From positions 384,001 through 448,000 of the forward strand of contig CBDCWC010000002.1 of assembly GCA_965223295.1 (NCBI GenBank): a stretch of 64,000 bases of DNA, given 5' to 3'. Of this stretch, positions 11,934 to 21,058 are shown in pieces. Source of the stretch: Nitrospirales bacterium (lineage in GTDB: Bacteria > Nitrospirota > Nitrospiria > Nitrospirales > UBA8639). Under the pieces are notes generated by a model. It ran no database searches and had not been told where the DNA came from. It worked only from the letters and a program-made list of their open reading frames with translations. The stretch's first letter is position 1; every line of letters starts with the position of its first letter. The position numbers were made by a program, and so were the translations under genes.

Positions 11934-11996
11934 GAGGTGCTTCTCCTTTTCATGGTAATCATAGCATTATTATTTAAAGGGATTGAGAAAAATGGA

Positions 11997-12425
11997 CTAT
12001 TGATGTGTGAGGCAATAGGACTTCCCAGGATCAACGAGAAAATGGCCTTTTATGGCTGTTCGTCCCAGTAACATTCGGAATCCCATTTCATCTCGATTCG
12101 TGAGGGTTATTTCAATGGGCCAGGATTGGTTTCCCATGGCCAATTGGGTTTCAATGACGACGCGTTGTTCTCGTGACCCACCGGAATTGGTGATGATTCG
12201 AATATCCCTGACTGGGCAGGTACATGTTTTTATGTCGGAGTCATTTTTTTGATAGGGGTGTATGGCAAATCTGGCCCACTCTTGTCCGCCTTTTTTGTAT
12301 ACTTCAATATCAAAAGCATGAATAGCCGCCGTTCGAGCTCCGGTGTCGATTTTGGCCTTAATCCGCTCCACTCCCAAGTCGGGAAGAGCAATCCATTCCC
12401 TCCAGCCAATTATTGGTTTATCCAT
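11997..12425 (-). CDS. RimK-associated retropepsin-like protease ('ATP-dependent zinc protease' family)
   Basis: IGWREW, AKIDTGART, LTNRDEMGFRMLLGR. Directly upstream of rimK. Confidence 0.9.
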   Translation of the reverse strand: MDKPIIGWREWIALPDLGVERIKAKIDTGARTAAIHAFDIEVYKKGGQEWARFAIHPYQKNDSDIKTCTCPVRDIRIITNSGGSREQRVVIETQLAMGNQSWPIEITLTNRDEMGFRMLLGRTAIKGHFLVDPGKSYCLTHQ

Positions 12426-12500
12426 ACTAACGAAAGCTCTTCTGAAAGCAGTGGATAGTTAAGTATGTCAACGAGTAGTAACATTGCAACCTTTCAAGAG

Positions 12501-13535
12501 TTAATAAAAATTCACCAGTGGATTGCGCTTAACAATGCCACGTAGGAGACGTCCTAAAATATCGGCTCCAGTGATGATGCGTTTGTGTTCTGCGGTCCAA
12601 ATGAGAACCAAGTCGTGGTCAATCACGTCATCTTCGATATGTTCCGGATTAACTTTAAAGAGTTTCAGGAGTTCCCCGAGCGGGACTTCGGTGTGGTCGA
12701 GAACGATGGGACGATGACAATGACGGAGAGGTTTGTAGTGATTCTCCACTAACAGTTCCCGCAAAAATCCGTCGGCATCTAGAACAACTTGGGGATCATC
12801 TTGTTCATCCGTAATGACAACCCATTTCTCATTTGAGGCATGAATCTGTTGGACGAATGTATCTGAGACCAATGGAGCCGTAACCGGGAATTGAATTTTT
12901 CCCTCATTGAATGGAAGCTGAACAATGCTTTGCGGATGGAGTGGTGATCCTTCCTCAAAGACGGGAATATCATCAAGATGTAAAAAATTTGAGGCGCCGT
13001 GTCCTTCAACGTTGCTGATGTCTGTTTCAGGGGCCTTGGCATGAATCTCAATAAGCGTTTCGAGCTCATGTTCTTTGAACCAGGAGATCCCTTCTTTCCC
13101 AACTAGGCGGTCGAGGAGAAATGCGGATGGTTTAGCCACTGGATAAAACAAAAATTGTAACACAGAGACGATGGGCGAAAACTTGGCTCCCATCTTCAGC
13201 GCATTCCTGGAAAAATAGGCTTGAGGAAGAATCTCCCCAAAGATGGTGATTCCAAATAAAGAGAAAAGAAAAGCAAAAAGCCCCACCATTTGTTTCTCGG
13301 AAAGCAAAGTCAACAGTACATTGACTGCTACGTTACTCCAGAGAAGCGTTGCGAGCAGGAAATTGGAATCCTGGCGGATTTGTAAGACTTTGTTAGCAAA
13401 GACATCCCCTTGTTGAGCCATGAGTTCGAGGCGAACCCTGCCAAGGCTGAAGAATCCAAGTGTGAGCCCTGAGCAAATTGCAGATCCTGCCAAGCATGCG
13501 AAAATGCCAATCCAGAGTAATAGTGATTGGGTCAT
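12501..13535 (-). CDS. CNNM/DUF21 membrane protein (CorB-like, degenerate CBS region)
   Basis: SGLTLG...LLATLLWSNVAVN...FGEILPQA CNNM motifs. Confidence 0.85.
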   Translation of the reverse strand: MTQSLLLWIGIFACLAGSAICSGLTLGFFSLGRVRLELMAQQGDVFANKVLQIRQDSNFLLATLLWSNVAVNVLLTLLSEKQMVGLFAFLFSLFGITIFGEILPQAYFSRNALKMGAKFSPIVSVLQFLFYPVAKPSAFLLDRLVGKEGISWFKEHELETLIEIHAKAPETDISNVEGHGASNFLHLDDIPVFEEGSPLHPQSIVQLPFNEGKIQFPVTAPLVSDTFVQQIHASNEKWVVITDEQDDPQVVLDADGFLRELLVENHYKPLRHCHRPIVLDHTEVPLGELLKLFKVNPEHIEDDVIDHDLVLIWTAEHKRIITGADILGRLLRGIVKRNPLVNFY

Positions 13536-13591
13536 GATGTCATGTCACGCGGTAGGAAAAATGGGGTGCATGTCATGGGTCCTCAAAAACA

Positions 13592-14896
13592 TTACTCCAA
13601 AAAACTGGAAAAGATCGTTGCCAGTCCTAAAAAACTGAAAAATCCTGCGACGTCCGTCACCGTTGTTAAAATGATCGATGATGATTGAGCAGGATCTTGT
13701 TTGAGGGATCGGAGAATAATGGGAATGATTGCCCCAGAAAGCCCTGCCATAAGCATGGAGATGATCATGGAGATTCCAATGACCATGGTCAATCCCCACG
13801 AACCGCTCCAGAAGAACACCGCAGTACAGGTGGTGGCTGCGACGGCCACGCCATTGCCGAGGGCAACATACGATTCTTTCAATGTCACTGGAAGCCATTG
13901 AGAGGGACGAATGTCCCGTAAAGCTAATCCCCTCATCACAACGGCAAGCGCTTGGGCCCCGGTATTGCCGGACTGGCCAGCCACGACGGGTAGCAATACG
14001 GCCAAGGCGGTAAATTTGGCAATCGTGTCTTCAAACATTCCCACGACAAACGCGGCTAAAAAAGCCGTGAGTAGATTGATTTGCAACCAGGGCAAGCGCT
14101 TGCGAATGGCAAACCATGGAGATGAAAGAGCGCGTTCATCTTTGCTCGCACCTACCATGGTTTGCATACTGATTGTAGCTTCTTCTTTTTCAACTTGGAT
14201 GATATCTTGGTTGCGAATAATACCAAGTAATCGGCCGTCTAAATCCGTCACGGGAATGGTAAGCACCTTCCATTCACTGGAAATTTCCACAACCTGCTCC
14301 TGATTTTCAAGAGGATGGATCGTTGGTAACTCGCGCTTCATCAATGCAGCAAGCGTTGTTTGTGGAGGTGCTAAAAAGAGGTCTGTTAGAGAGAGTACCC
14401 CAACAAGGACTTGGCGGCGATCAATAATATAGATCTCATTGGCACGGGGGGGAGTGTATATGCGAATTTGTTGGATTGCCTCCTCGACCGTCATATCCTC
14501 CAAAAGGGTAAAGAATTTCACGTCCATGATCATGCCGACTGAATCTTCTGGATACTCAAGAAATGGACGAATGTCAGCAGAAACCTGTTGAGGCAAAGCG
14601 ATCAGGATGTTTTCCCTGCTCTCGGTGGGTAATCGTTGAAGGAGGGAAGCTGTTAACGAAGGTGGCATATGTGGGGTAGAATTCAAAAGTAACGGTTCAG
14701 GTAATTTCCCAAGAAGGTCGGCAACCAATGATGGAGACATGGCCGACAGGATTTTTGCCATATCTTTGTGTGGCAAATTACACAGGGTATCGATGATTTC
14801 TTGTAGGGCATGGGCCTCAAACACATGAGCGGCTTCGTCGGGAAATTTGGCAATAAACGCCTGATGCATGAGTTCGGGGTTTGTGGTGGTTGTCAT
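13592..14896 (-). CDS. mgtE: Magnesium transporter MgtE
   Basis: MgtE_N, CBS pair and TM domain (RLPWLQINL, GNTGAQA, QDPA, TTVTDV). ATGA overlap with the upstream gene fixes the start at 14896. Confidence 0.92.
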   Translation of the reverse strand: MTTTTNPELMHQAFIAKFPDEAAHVFEAHALQEIIDTLCNLPHKDMAKILSAMSPSLVADLLGKLPEPLLLNSTPHMPPSLTASLLQRLPTESRENILIALPQQVSADIRPFLEYPEDSVGMIMDVKFFTLLEDMTVEEAIQQIRIYTPPRANEIYIIDRRQVLVGVLSLTDLFLAPPQTTLAALMKRELPTIHPLENQEQVVEISSEWKVLTIPVTDLDGRLLGIIRNQDIIQVEKEEATISMQTMVGASKDERALSSPWFAIRKRLPWLQINLLTAFLAAFVVGMFEDTIAKFTALAVLLPVVAGQSGNTGAQALAVVMRGLALRDIRPSQWLPVTLKESYVALGNGVAVAATTCTAVFFWSGSWGLTMVIGISMIISMLMAGLSGAIIPIILRSLKQDPAQSSSIILTTVTDVAGFFSFLGLATIFSSFLE

Positions 14897-15759
14897 GAAG
14901 TTTCCTGTTCTTCCGGAGCTGGTGCGGAAGGTGTCATAGTGGTTAAGACATTTCCAATCGTCGTCATGAGTACCATCCCAGATAACGAATAGGCCTCCCA
15001 CAACTGCAGAAGACCATCTGAGAGAAAAGCTGGTTGATATTCGATGGATTTGGACTGGAGATATTGTCTCAGGGTACGGTGGCGAAGTGCGCCAATAAAC
15101 GTCTTGTCTTGAGCAATGACTGGAAGGCTATCGAAGCGTGCCCAAGCCGGATGCGCCACAATGTCCCTGGCATTGGCAGAAGAGGGAATCACTTTGACTT
15201 CCTGATTCATGATAGAAGTTAGCGTGCTAGCAGGTTCGGCCGCGAGAAGCTCTTTCATCAGCACCACTCCTATAAGGATGTTCCCACGGTCAATAATGTA
15301 TAAGTAGTAAATCGCTTGATGCGGAACGTGCACGATACGCTGCAGGGCATCTCCCACAGTGATATCAGGAGGCAGTGTCAGGACTAGAGGATCGGCTAGG
15401 CTCCCGGCTGTATGTTCCGACAAGTGAATGGTTCGGCGAAGTAAGCTCGCTGCACGAGGTTCGAGGTGCCCGAGCAACGTTTCCTGTGTGGAAGGATCAA
15501 CTTGCCGGAGAATGGCTCGAGAAAACCCGGGAGATAGTCGGCCAAGAATTTCAGCGCTGACTGCTGGTGGGCATTCTTTCAGGATTGTGGCAGCCGCACT
15601 TGGTGAGAAATATTCGAGGGTTTGAGCCACATGTGCGGGCTCCATGGTTAGGAATATGTCTCTCGTTTCCTGGGCCGGTCGTCCCTCGAGATATCTAGCG
15701 GCCTCCAATGGATGTTTCTCAAGAAACTTCTTTTGGAGATGGTGTTCCAACTTCATCAT
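14893..15759 (-). CDS. Soluble MgtE N-domain + CBS-pair protein with no full transporter domain
   Basis: MgtE_N-like helical repeats, TAGSLADP, YYLYIID...LIGVV, LPVI CBS motifs. Ends before any 5-TM MgtE domain. Confidence 0.8.
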   Translation of the reverse strand: MMKLEHHLQKKFLEKHPLEAARYLEGRPAQETRDIFLTMEPAHVAQTLEYFSPSAAATILKECPPAVSAEILGRLSPGFSRAILRQVDPSTQETLLGHLEPRAASLLRRTIHLSEHTAGSLADPLVLTLPPDITVGDALQRIVHVPHQAIYYLYIIDRGNILIGVVLMKELLAAEPASTLTSIMNQEVKVIPSSANARDIVAHPAWARFDSLPVIAQDKTFIGALRHRTLRQYLQSKSIEYQPAFLSDGLLQLWEAYSLSGMVLMTTIGNVLTTMTPSAPAPEEQETS

Positions 15760-15760
15760 G

Positions 15761-16594
15761 TTATGCCTCGACCGGTTCAATCACGCTGGTGACTTCGGTG
15801 AATTGTGCGGCTGGAATCACCACTCGCCCACGCTCTGTATCCAACACGACGATCATGGGCGTCACGGCAGTGACGGTGCCGGAGTAGTTCTCAATCTGAA
15901 TCTTTTCCCCAATACGAACAACGGGTTGAATGTAATGTGCGGCAATGAGATTTTTGACTGCTGATCGAGACCCAAAACCAAATGACAAGGCGGATCCGGC
16001 AATGAGACCCGCAATGACGAGCACGATAATTTGGTTTAAGAGTGAGGTGTCAATCCCGAGTTCATTAATGGCGGTCACGATAACCAGGAGGGTGGCGGCG
16101 ATGTACACAGTTTGGGCGATAATCGTACTCTGTTGGATCCCAGAAGAATCACATGCTACAGCGATAATGTCCCGTACAAAGTTGGTGGCTAGGAGTCCTA
16201 GGATCAAAATAAGTGTCGCCATTCCAATTTTTGGAAGATAATGCACGAGCATGGTCAAGGTTTCAGACAAGAGGGCGAGACTCAGCGCTTCGGTGGCAGA
16301 AATGAGAAAAAGAAGAAAGACGAGCCAAAATCCCAGGAGCCCGACAATTTGAGAAATAGATCTATTGCTTCCAGTTTTTTGAATCAGAGAGAGAAGTCCC
16401 GTGCCGCTGAGCCATCGATCGATACCGATCATATTCAAGATCCGGCTGGATCCGGCTTCAATGATTTTCCCCAAGAGAATCCCCAGTCCCAGCAACATCA
16501 ACGCGCCAAGAGTTTTAGGGAGATAGGTCATAAATAATGTAACACTTGATTCAAGTGATTCTTGCATAGCTTTTGTCCAAATCGCTATATCCAT
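15761..16594 (-). CDS. Small-conductance mechanosensitive channel family (TM-helix-repeat, CmpX-like)
   Basis: Two YLPK TM-helix repeats, ALSFGFGSRSAVKNLIA, GEKIQI...GTV...VVIP. SD AGGAGG. Confidence 0.85.
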   Translation of the reverse strand: MDIAIWTKAMQESLESSVTLFMTYLPKTLGALMLLGLGILLGKIIEAGSSRILNMIGIDRWLSGTGLLSLIQKTGSNRSISQIVGLLGFWLVFLLFLISATEALSLALLSETLTMLVHYLPKIGMATLILILGLLATNFVRDIIAVACDSSGIQQSTIIAQTVYIAATLLVIVTAINELGIDTSLLNQIIVLVIAGLIAGSALSFGFGSRSAVKNLIAAHYIQPVVRIGEKIQIENYSGTVTAVTPMIVVLDTERGRVVIPAAQFTEVTSVIEPVEA

Positions 16595-17447
16595 GAGAAA
16601 GACCTCCTAGGATTTTTTGAGAAAAAAGTGGAATGACGGAAAGATAACAATTGGAAGATGGCGGTTAAGATATCGAAAGTTGTTCTTTGTTCCTTAGATG
16701 GCCTGGCATAATTCTCTGCGGGAGCAACTGTTGAGACAATTTTTTCAGCATTTCTAAGTGGCCTTTCATTTGTAGTCATCTGCATGTGAGGAATCGAATT
16801 CTTGTGATGCCTATCTGCTAGTTTTTTGCCGATGATTTTTTCGTCTTCCCAATGTCCTCCCTTTTTGTACTCAATCATAAGTGGCTCATGAGAGGCCGAG
16901 TATCGTTATTCCGATAAACAAACCTATCAAAATCTTCATGTGCAACCTTACTGTTTTCTACCCGAGCTATGTGCCTTTTCGTTCCGATGGATGACTTTAT
17001 GAATTCTGGCTGCCATGGTTGAGGTTGTCTTCAAAATGTTGTGATTCATTTTTGTGATGTGTCTTGAAATTACAAGGCCGATATGTTTTTGGCGTGGCCT
17101 AAGTTTTTACTCCTGAAATTTAGATAAGTCATCTTTTGGCTTACATAAATAAACTATGGAGAATATTGATAGTGTGAAAATTTTAACTGTGCTAGATGGA
17201 GTCGGAATCTGAATGTCTTAAGCCAATGACGACGTAACAGACAAAAGGCTAGCAACAACCAAAGGAGCAAATGTTCAATTACTTTGGTGAATGAAAACGG
17301 CTCCTTTATCTTGGAAAGGTCAATGTGTAAGTTTTCCCGTCAAGCGAATCGGACAAAAGTAGAATTTTTGGTGATTTCATCAAGCAATAGAGGTGTCCTG
17401 ACTTCTTTAAGCTCTTTCTTTTGCGTGTCATTCCTTGGTGTGGTTAT

Positions 17448-17477
17448 TTAGACAATGAGAAACAACAATTCGTCACA
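17448..17477 (-). promoter_or_regulatory. Putative ECF sigma promoter TGTGACG-N15-TTGTCTAA
   Basis: Minus strand reads TGTGACG aattgttgtttctca TTGTCTAA. Boxes and spacing are identical to 19783-19812. Confidence 0.65.
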
Positions 17478-17478
17478 T

Positions 17479-17692
17479 GGGTCTGTTGAAAAAATCCGCC
17501 AGCGGCGTTCTAGCCATTTTTCCGTGCTCGCGTAGGACCAATACGCTCTGTGCGCAAGAATGGTTGTGGCCTTCCCTTCGACAAGCTCAGGACAGGACTG
17601 GATGGATTTTTTTCAACTGCCCCGAAGCTATTGGTATCCGACGTGATCATGAGCAAATTTGTCTCTCGTGTTTTGTATTATTCAACACTTCC
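17479..17692 (+). mobile_element. MITE family 1, copy 1 (191-bp core + 23-bp nested module)
   Basis: Ends GGGTCTGTTGAAAAAA ... ATTATTCAACACTTCC. Colinear with the reverse complement of 62962-63152. Flanks TCACAT/TCATAT. Confidence 0.8.
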
Positions 17693-17876
17693 TCATATGG
17701 ACGTTTCAAAAGTAGGTGTCGAGAGAGATTTGAAGAAATTGGAAGAAGCCGTGTTGGGAATCACGAGGGTTGAGGATGGGGACTCGAGCCTCTACTTGGG
17801 AGTAGATAGCAAGCAGGAGAACTCAATGTGTAGAAAGGTTGAATAGTCGGTAGCTAAAGAGGGACTCTTAAAGATT

Positions 17877-18722
17877 TTACGATGGTCTTTGTTTGGAACC
17901 CTCCGTAATGATTCGTTCATTTGGAATGTGCAGTGTTTCCTCATCGGCCGTTTTGATGATAACCGAAACGGGAGTTATTTTGATGATCGTTCCCTTATAT
18001 CCGCCTAGAGACACGGAATCTCCGACATGGAAGAGTTGAGAGATGTAGTAGCGGGCAAGGACATTTGTCATAATGGACCGGCTTCCCAGGCCAAGAGATA
18101 GGGCTAAGGCTAACACGATTCCAGAAATAATGATCGTGATATTGGCACTAAAAATGGTCATATCCAATCCGAGTTCGGTTAAGGCCATGACAATACCAAA
18201 GCCCACAATCAAAATTTCCAGTACCGAACTTAAAGCCCCAGCATAGGCAATGTTGAGCGAGGTTGAGGCTGAAGCAAGTCCGTCTTTAATAACCTTGGTG
18301 AGATACAAGGCAATGATCAGAATTAAAAGGGCTCCGAAAACATGTGGAAGGTAGGCAATAAATCTATTCAATGTATCTAGGACAAGCTTGAAGCCTAAGA
18401 TTTCCGAGGCCGAAAGAAGAACAATGAAAAGCACCATGTAATAGACCAGACCTCCTAATATCTCGTCTAGCGTTTTCGTTATTCCCACCTTGGTTAACAT
18501 GGAATGGAATTTGATTTTTTTGCTTAATTCCACAATCCCACAGGCACGAAGGACTTTCACCGTCAAACTTCTAAGGATTTTGGCCCCCAGCCATCCAATT
18601 GCAAGAATGACAATTGCTCCAAGTACGTTTGGGAGATATCCACCAATTTTTTCGAAGATGCTTTGAAGAAATACCAGAACAACCTTTCCCCATTCCCAGA
18701 GTTCGTTCTGTGTGCCTACCAT
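17877..18722 (-). CDS. Second MscS-family (TM-helix-repeat) protein
   Basis: YLPNV/YLPHV repeats, ALSLGLGSRSIMTNVLA, VGDSV...GTI...IPN. Paralog of 15761-16594. Confidence 0.85.
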   Translation of the reverse strand: MVGTQNELWEWGKVVLVFLQSIFEKIGGYLPNVLGAIVILAIGWLGAKILRSLTVKVLRACGIVELSKKIKFHSMLTKVGITKTLDEILGGLVYYMVLFIVLLSASEILGFKLVLDTLNRFIAYLPHVFGALLILIIALYLTKVIKDGLASASTSLNIAYAGALSSVLEILIVGFGIVMALTELGLDMTIFSANITIIISGIVLALALSLGLGSRSIMTNVLARYYISQLFHVGDSVSLGGYKGTIIKITPVSVIIKTADEETLHIPNERIITEGSKQRPS

Positions 18723-18734
18723 TTCTCTCTCCTC

Positions 18735-18917
18735 TCACTCATCTGTTGAATCGGTAAATAATGTGACGGGGATCGAGGCGTGAAATGCTCCAACTTCCTT
18801 CGCGACTGTGAGGAAATATACGGCTTTCATGATCTGTTTTTTCGTGGTTTTGTCAGGATCAGGAATGGCCAGTGAATCGAGAACATGTTCAAACAGCTGT
18901 TGTTCATCGCTATTCAT
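18735..18917 (-). CDS. 60-aa protein translationally coupled to the ECF sigma gene (candidate anti-sigma)
   Basis: SD GGAGG, and ATGA overlap with the sigma stop codon. MNSDEQQLFEHVLDSLAIPDP... Confidence 0.65.
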   Translation of the reverse strand: MNSDEQQLFEHVLDSLAIPDPDKTTKKQIMKAVYFLTVAKEVGAFHASIPVTLFTDSTDE

Positions 18918-19438
18918 GATTTGACCTCCTCCCGGAGCTTGGTGATCAATCGTGATACTCGCATTTTTGCGGCACTCACGCCAATGTTGCAACTTGCCGC
19001 AATTTCTTCATACGAATATTTCCCAAGAAATTTCATAGCCAGAATGGTCCTGTCTTCCAGGGAGAGTTTTTGCAGAAGATGATGAATTTCAATTGACGCG
19101 GCTGGGTTATCTTGGCTGGGTGCATCCAATGGTATATCCCCCGACAACACCTCAGAATGAGCCTTTGATTTGAGGTAGTTAAGGCAATGATTGGTGGATA
19201 GTCGATACAGCCAGGATGAAAATGCAGAGTGCTTCTTGAACGCATGGAGGTGCAGGAAAACTTTGACCCAGATTTCCTGCATTAAATCTCGAGCGACTTC
19301 AATGTTTAAACAGATAAAGTAGCAGCGCTTTAGAACTTTCTTGGCATATCGGTCATATAAAATTTCGAACGCCTGAAGGTCTCCTTGGTTAATGCTGTCA
19401 ATAAGTTCGTTGTCAGTGAAATGTTCGTATAAAGGCAT
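18914..19438 (-). CDS. ECF-type RNA polymerase sigma factor
   Basis: Region 2 (AFEILYDRY...DLMQEIWVKV...FSSWLYRLSTNHCLN) and region 4 (SYEEIA...SAAKMRVSR). Confidence 0.95.
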   Translation of the reverse strand: MPLYEHFTDNELIDSINQGDLQAFEILYDRYAKKVLKRCYFICLNIEVARDLMQEIWVKVFLHLHAFKKHSAFSSWLYRLSTNHCLNYLKSKAHSEVLSGDIPLDAPSQDNPAASIEIHHLLQKLSLEDRTILAMKFLGKYSYEEIAASCNIGVSAAKMRVSRLITKLREEVKS

Positions 19439-19782
19439 AGAGAGATAGATCTGGAGGAAAGAGTATTATGGACTTAGCCGGCATTGATCTGAGCGGGTGT
19501 ATAGTCCTGAGCTGTCTTATGCATAGTCTATCCCTAACCATTTGGGCAGACCTAGGGCAGAGATTTAGAGCAGCCTGAGCTTTGGTCAATATCCCAAATT
19601 CTTCCGATTGTAAATAGATTGATTTCTTGCTTCTCTTTCCAAAGGTAGAGGAAGCGGTTTTCTACGTCTTCTATGAGAGTTCCCTTGGTTCGTCAAGTAT
19701 GGTGCCACATTTTTTGAACTGACCTGTTGTATCACATGACATAATTCTCAAGAAACAATTATGAAGAAATTATCCTACTATT

Positions 19783-19812
19783 TGTGACGTTTTTTCCTGT
19801 TACGTTGTCTAA
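19783..19812 (+). promoter_or_regulatory. Putative ECF sigma promoter TGTGACG-N15-TTGTCTAA
   Basis: TGTGACG ttttttcctgttacg TTGTCTAA, 64 nt before the ATG of repeat protein B. Confidence 0.7.
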
Positions 19813-19876
19813 GAGTACATGAAGGGCAATTGCGTCAAATTCTTTCATTTTCATTTAAAAGTGGAGGGTAAAGATT

Positions 19877-20830
19877 ATGGCTGAAGAAAAATCCGTTATC
19901 GTCAAGACAAAAGAAGGTGTTGTTGAGGCTATTCAAGGTACAGGTGACGTGACAAGCGCACTTCTAAACCTGGTAAGCGGAACCCTTGTAACGGCATTAA
20001 AGGGAACGAAAGCAGTCGGGGGGGAAGCTGCAAGTTTGGTCAAGGATACAATTGTGGGCTCAGTCAGGGGAATTGCTGATGTAGGGCAAGAAGTGAGTTC
20101 TGCAGCAAAAGGCGTCATTGTGGGTGTTGTGACAGGTACAAAAGAAGTCACGGAAAGTACTCTGGATACAATTGGGAAAAGTGTTAGTACGTTAATTCAT
20201 ACAACTTCCGAAGTGGGTGGTGATCTTGCGCAAACAGCCAAAGGGGCGATGGAAGGGGCTATTGTTGTTGCGAAGGATCTAGGAGTCAGTGCCACCGAGG
20301 CAATTACCCAAACCAGTACATCAATTATTTTTGGTGGGAAGCAGGTTGGGGGTGAGTTGGCAAATACGGCCAAAGAAACTATGATTGGCGCGGCCCAAGG
20401 TGCGAAAGAAGTTGGAGTGCAAGCGATAGAAACCGTAAGTCATACGGCGGGAGCAGTCGTGAAGGCCACATCTGAACTTGGCGGGGATGTGGGTTCAACA
20501 GTCAAAGGAAGTATGGTTGGGGCCCTTCATGGAGCCAAAGAGGTTGGTGCAACCGTACTAGATGCCGTGGCAGGGACCGCAAGTTCCATGATTAAATCCA
20601 CGGGCCAAGTTGGAGGAGATCTCGCCATTACTGCAAAAAATGCTGTTGAGGGTGCAATTGAAGGGGCTAAGGAGATAGGTGTCGACACGGCCGAAGCCGC
20701 TTCAGCAGCTGCAAGTAGCGCGCTAAAGGCGGCGGGGGATATCAGTAGTGATGCTGGAAAAGCAGTCCGTGATGCGGTTTCTGGGACAATTGGCGGGGTG
20801 AAAGTTGTGCTCAAAGAGCCGTTCAAATAG
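19877..20830 (+). CDS. 22-residue tandem-repeat protein (paralog B)
   Basis: 317 aa, SD GGAGG. Aligns without gaps to 4673-5626 (33 of the first 60 residues identical by hand count). Confidence 0.85.
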   Translation: MAEEKSVIVKTKEGVVEAIQGTGDVTSALLNLVSGTLVTALKGTKAVGGEAASLVKDTIVGSVRGIADVGQEVSSAAKGVIVGVVTGTKEVTESTLDTIGKSVSTLIHTTSEVGGDLAQTAKGAMEGAIVVAKDLGVSATEAITQTSTSIIFGGKQVGGELANTAKETMIGAAQGAKEVGVQAIETVSHTAGAVVKATSELGGDVGSTVKGSMVGALHGAKEVGATVLDAVAGTASSMIKSTGQVGGDLAITAKNAVEGAIEGAKEIGVDTAEAASAAASSALKAAGDISSDAGKAVRDAVSGTIGGVKVVLKEPFK

Positions 20831-21058
20831 AAATACAGGTTCTCGTGTTTACTAAGGAAATAGGAAATTAAAATAACCTTTTTCTATGGTGAAGGTTATT
20901 TGTTGGATAGCGGAGAAATTGTGCAGATAAATTTTGGTAAAGAAGAACGAGGGGAGGCCTATCAATAAAGTATAATACAAGTAAATATTGGAGTTTATGT
21001 GTTCCTTTTCCCTAACCAGTAGAGTCTTAGAAATCTTCTTGTTCCTCATCTGTTTGGT

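Noticed and set aside
16871-16939. Selenocysteine or TGA readthrough in the broken ORF
   Set aside because: Other genes use TGA as a normal stop, no SECIS-like hairpin was recognised, and the frame soon hits TAG.
17477-17846. ORFs 17477-17773 and 17550-17846 (also 22701-22934 and 63013-63219)
   Set aside because: They are read through MITE sequence and show no independent protein features.
4673-20830. Repeat-protein genes as inverted repeats of an invertible segment or composite transposon
   Set aside because: Only ~55% protein identity, so the DNA is too diverged; no recombinase present.
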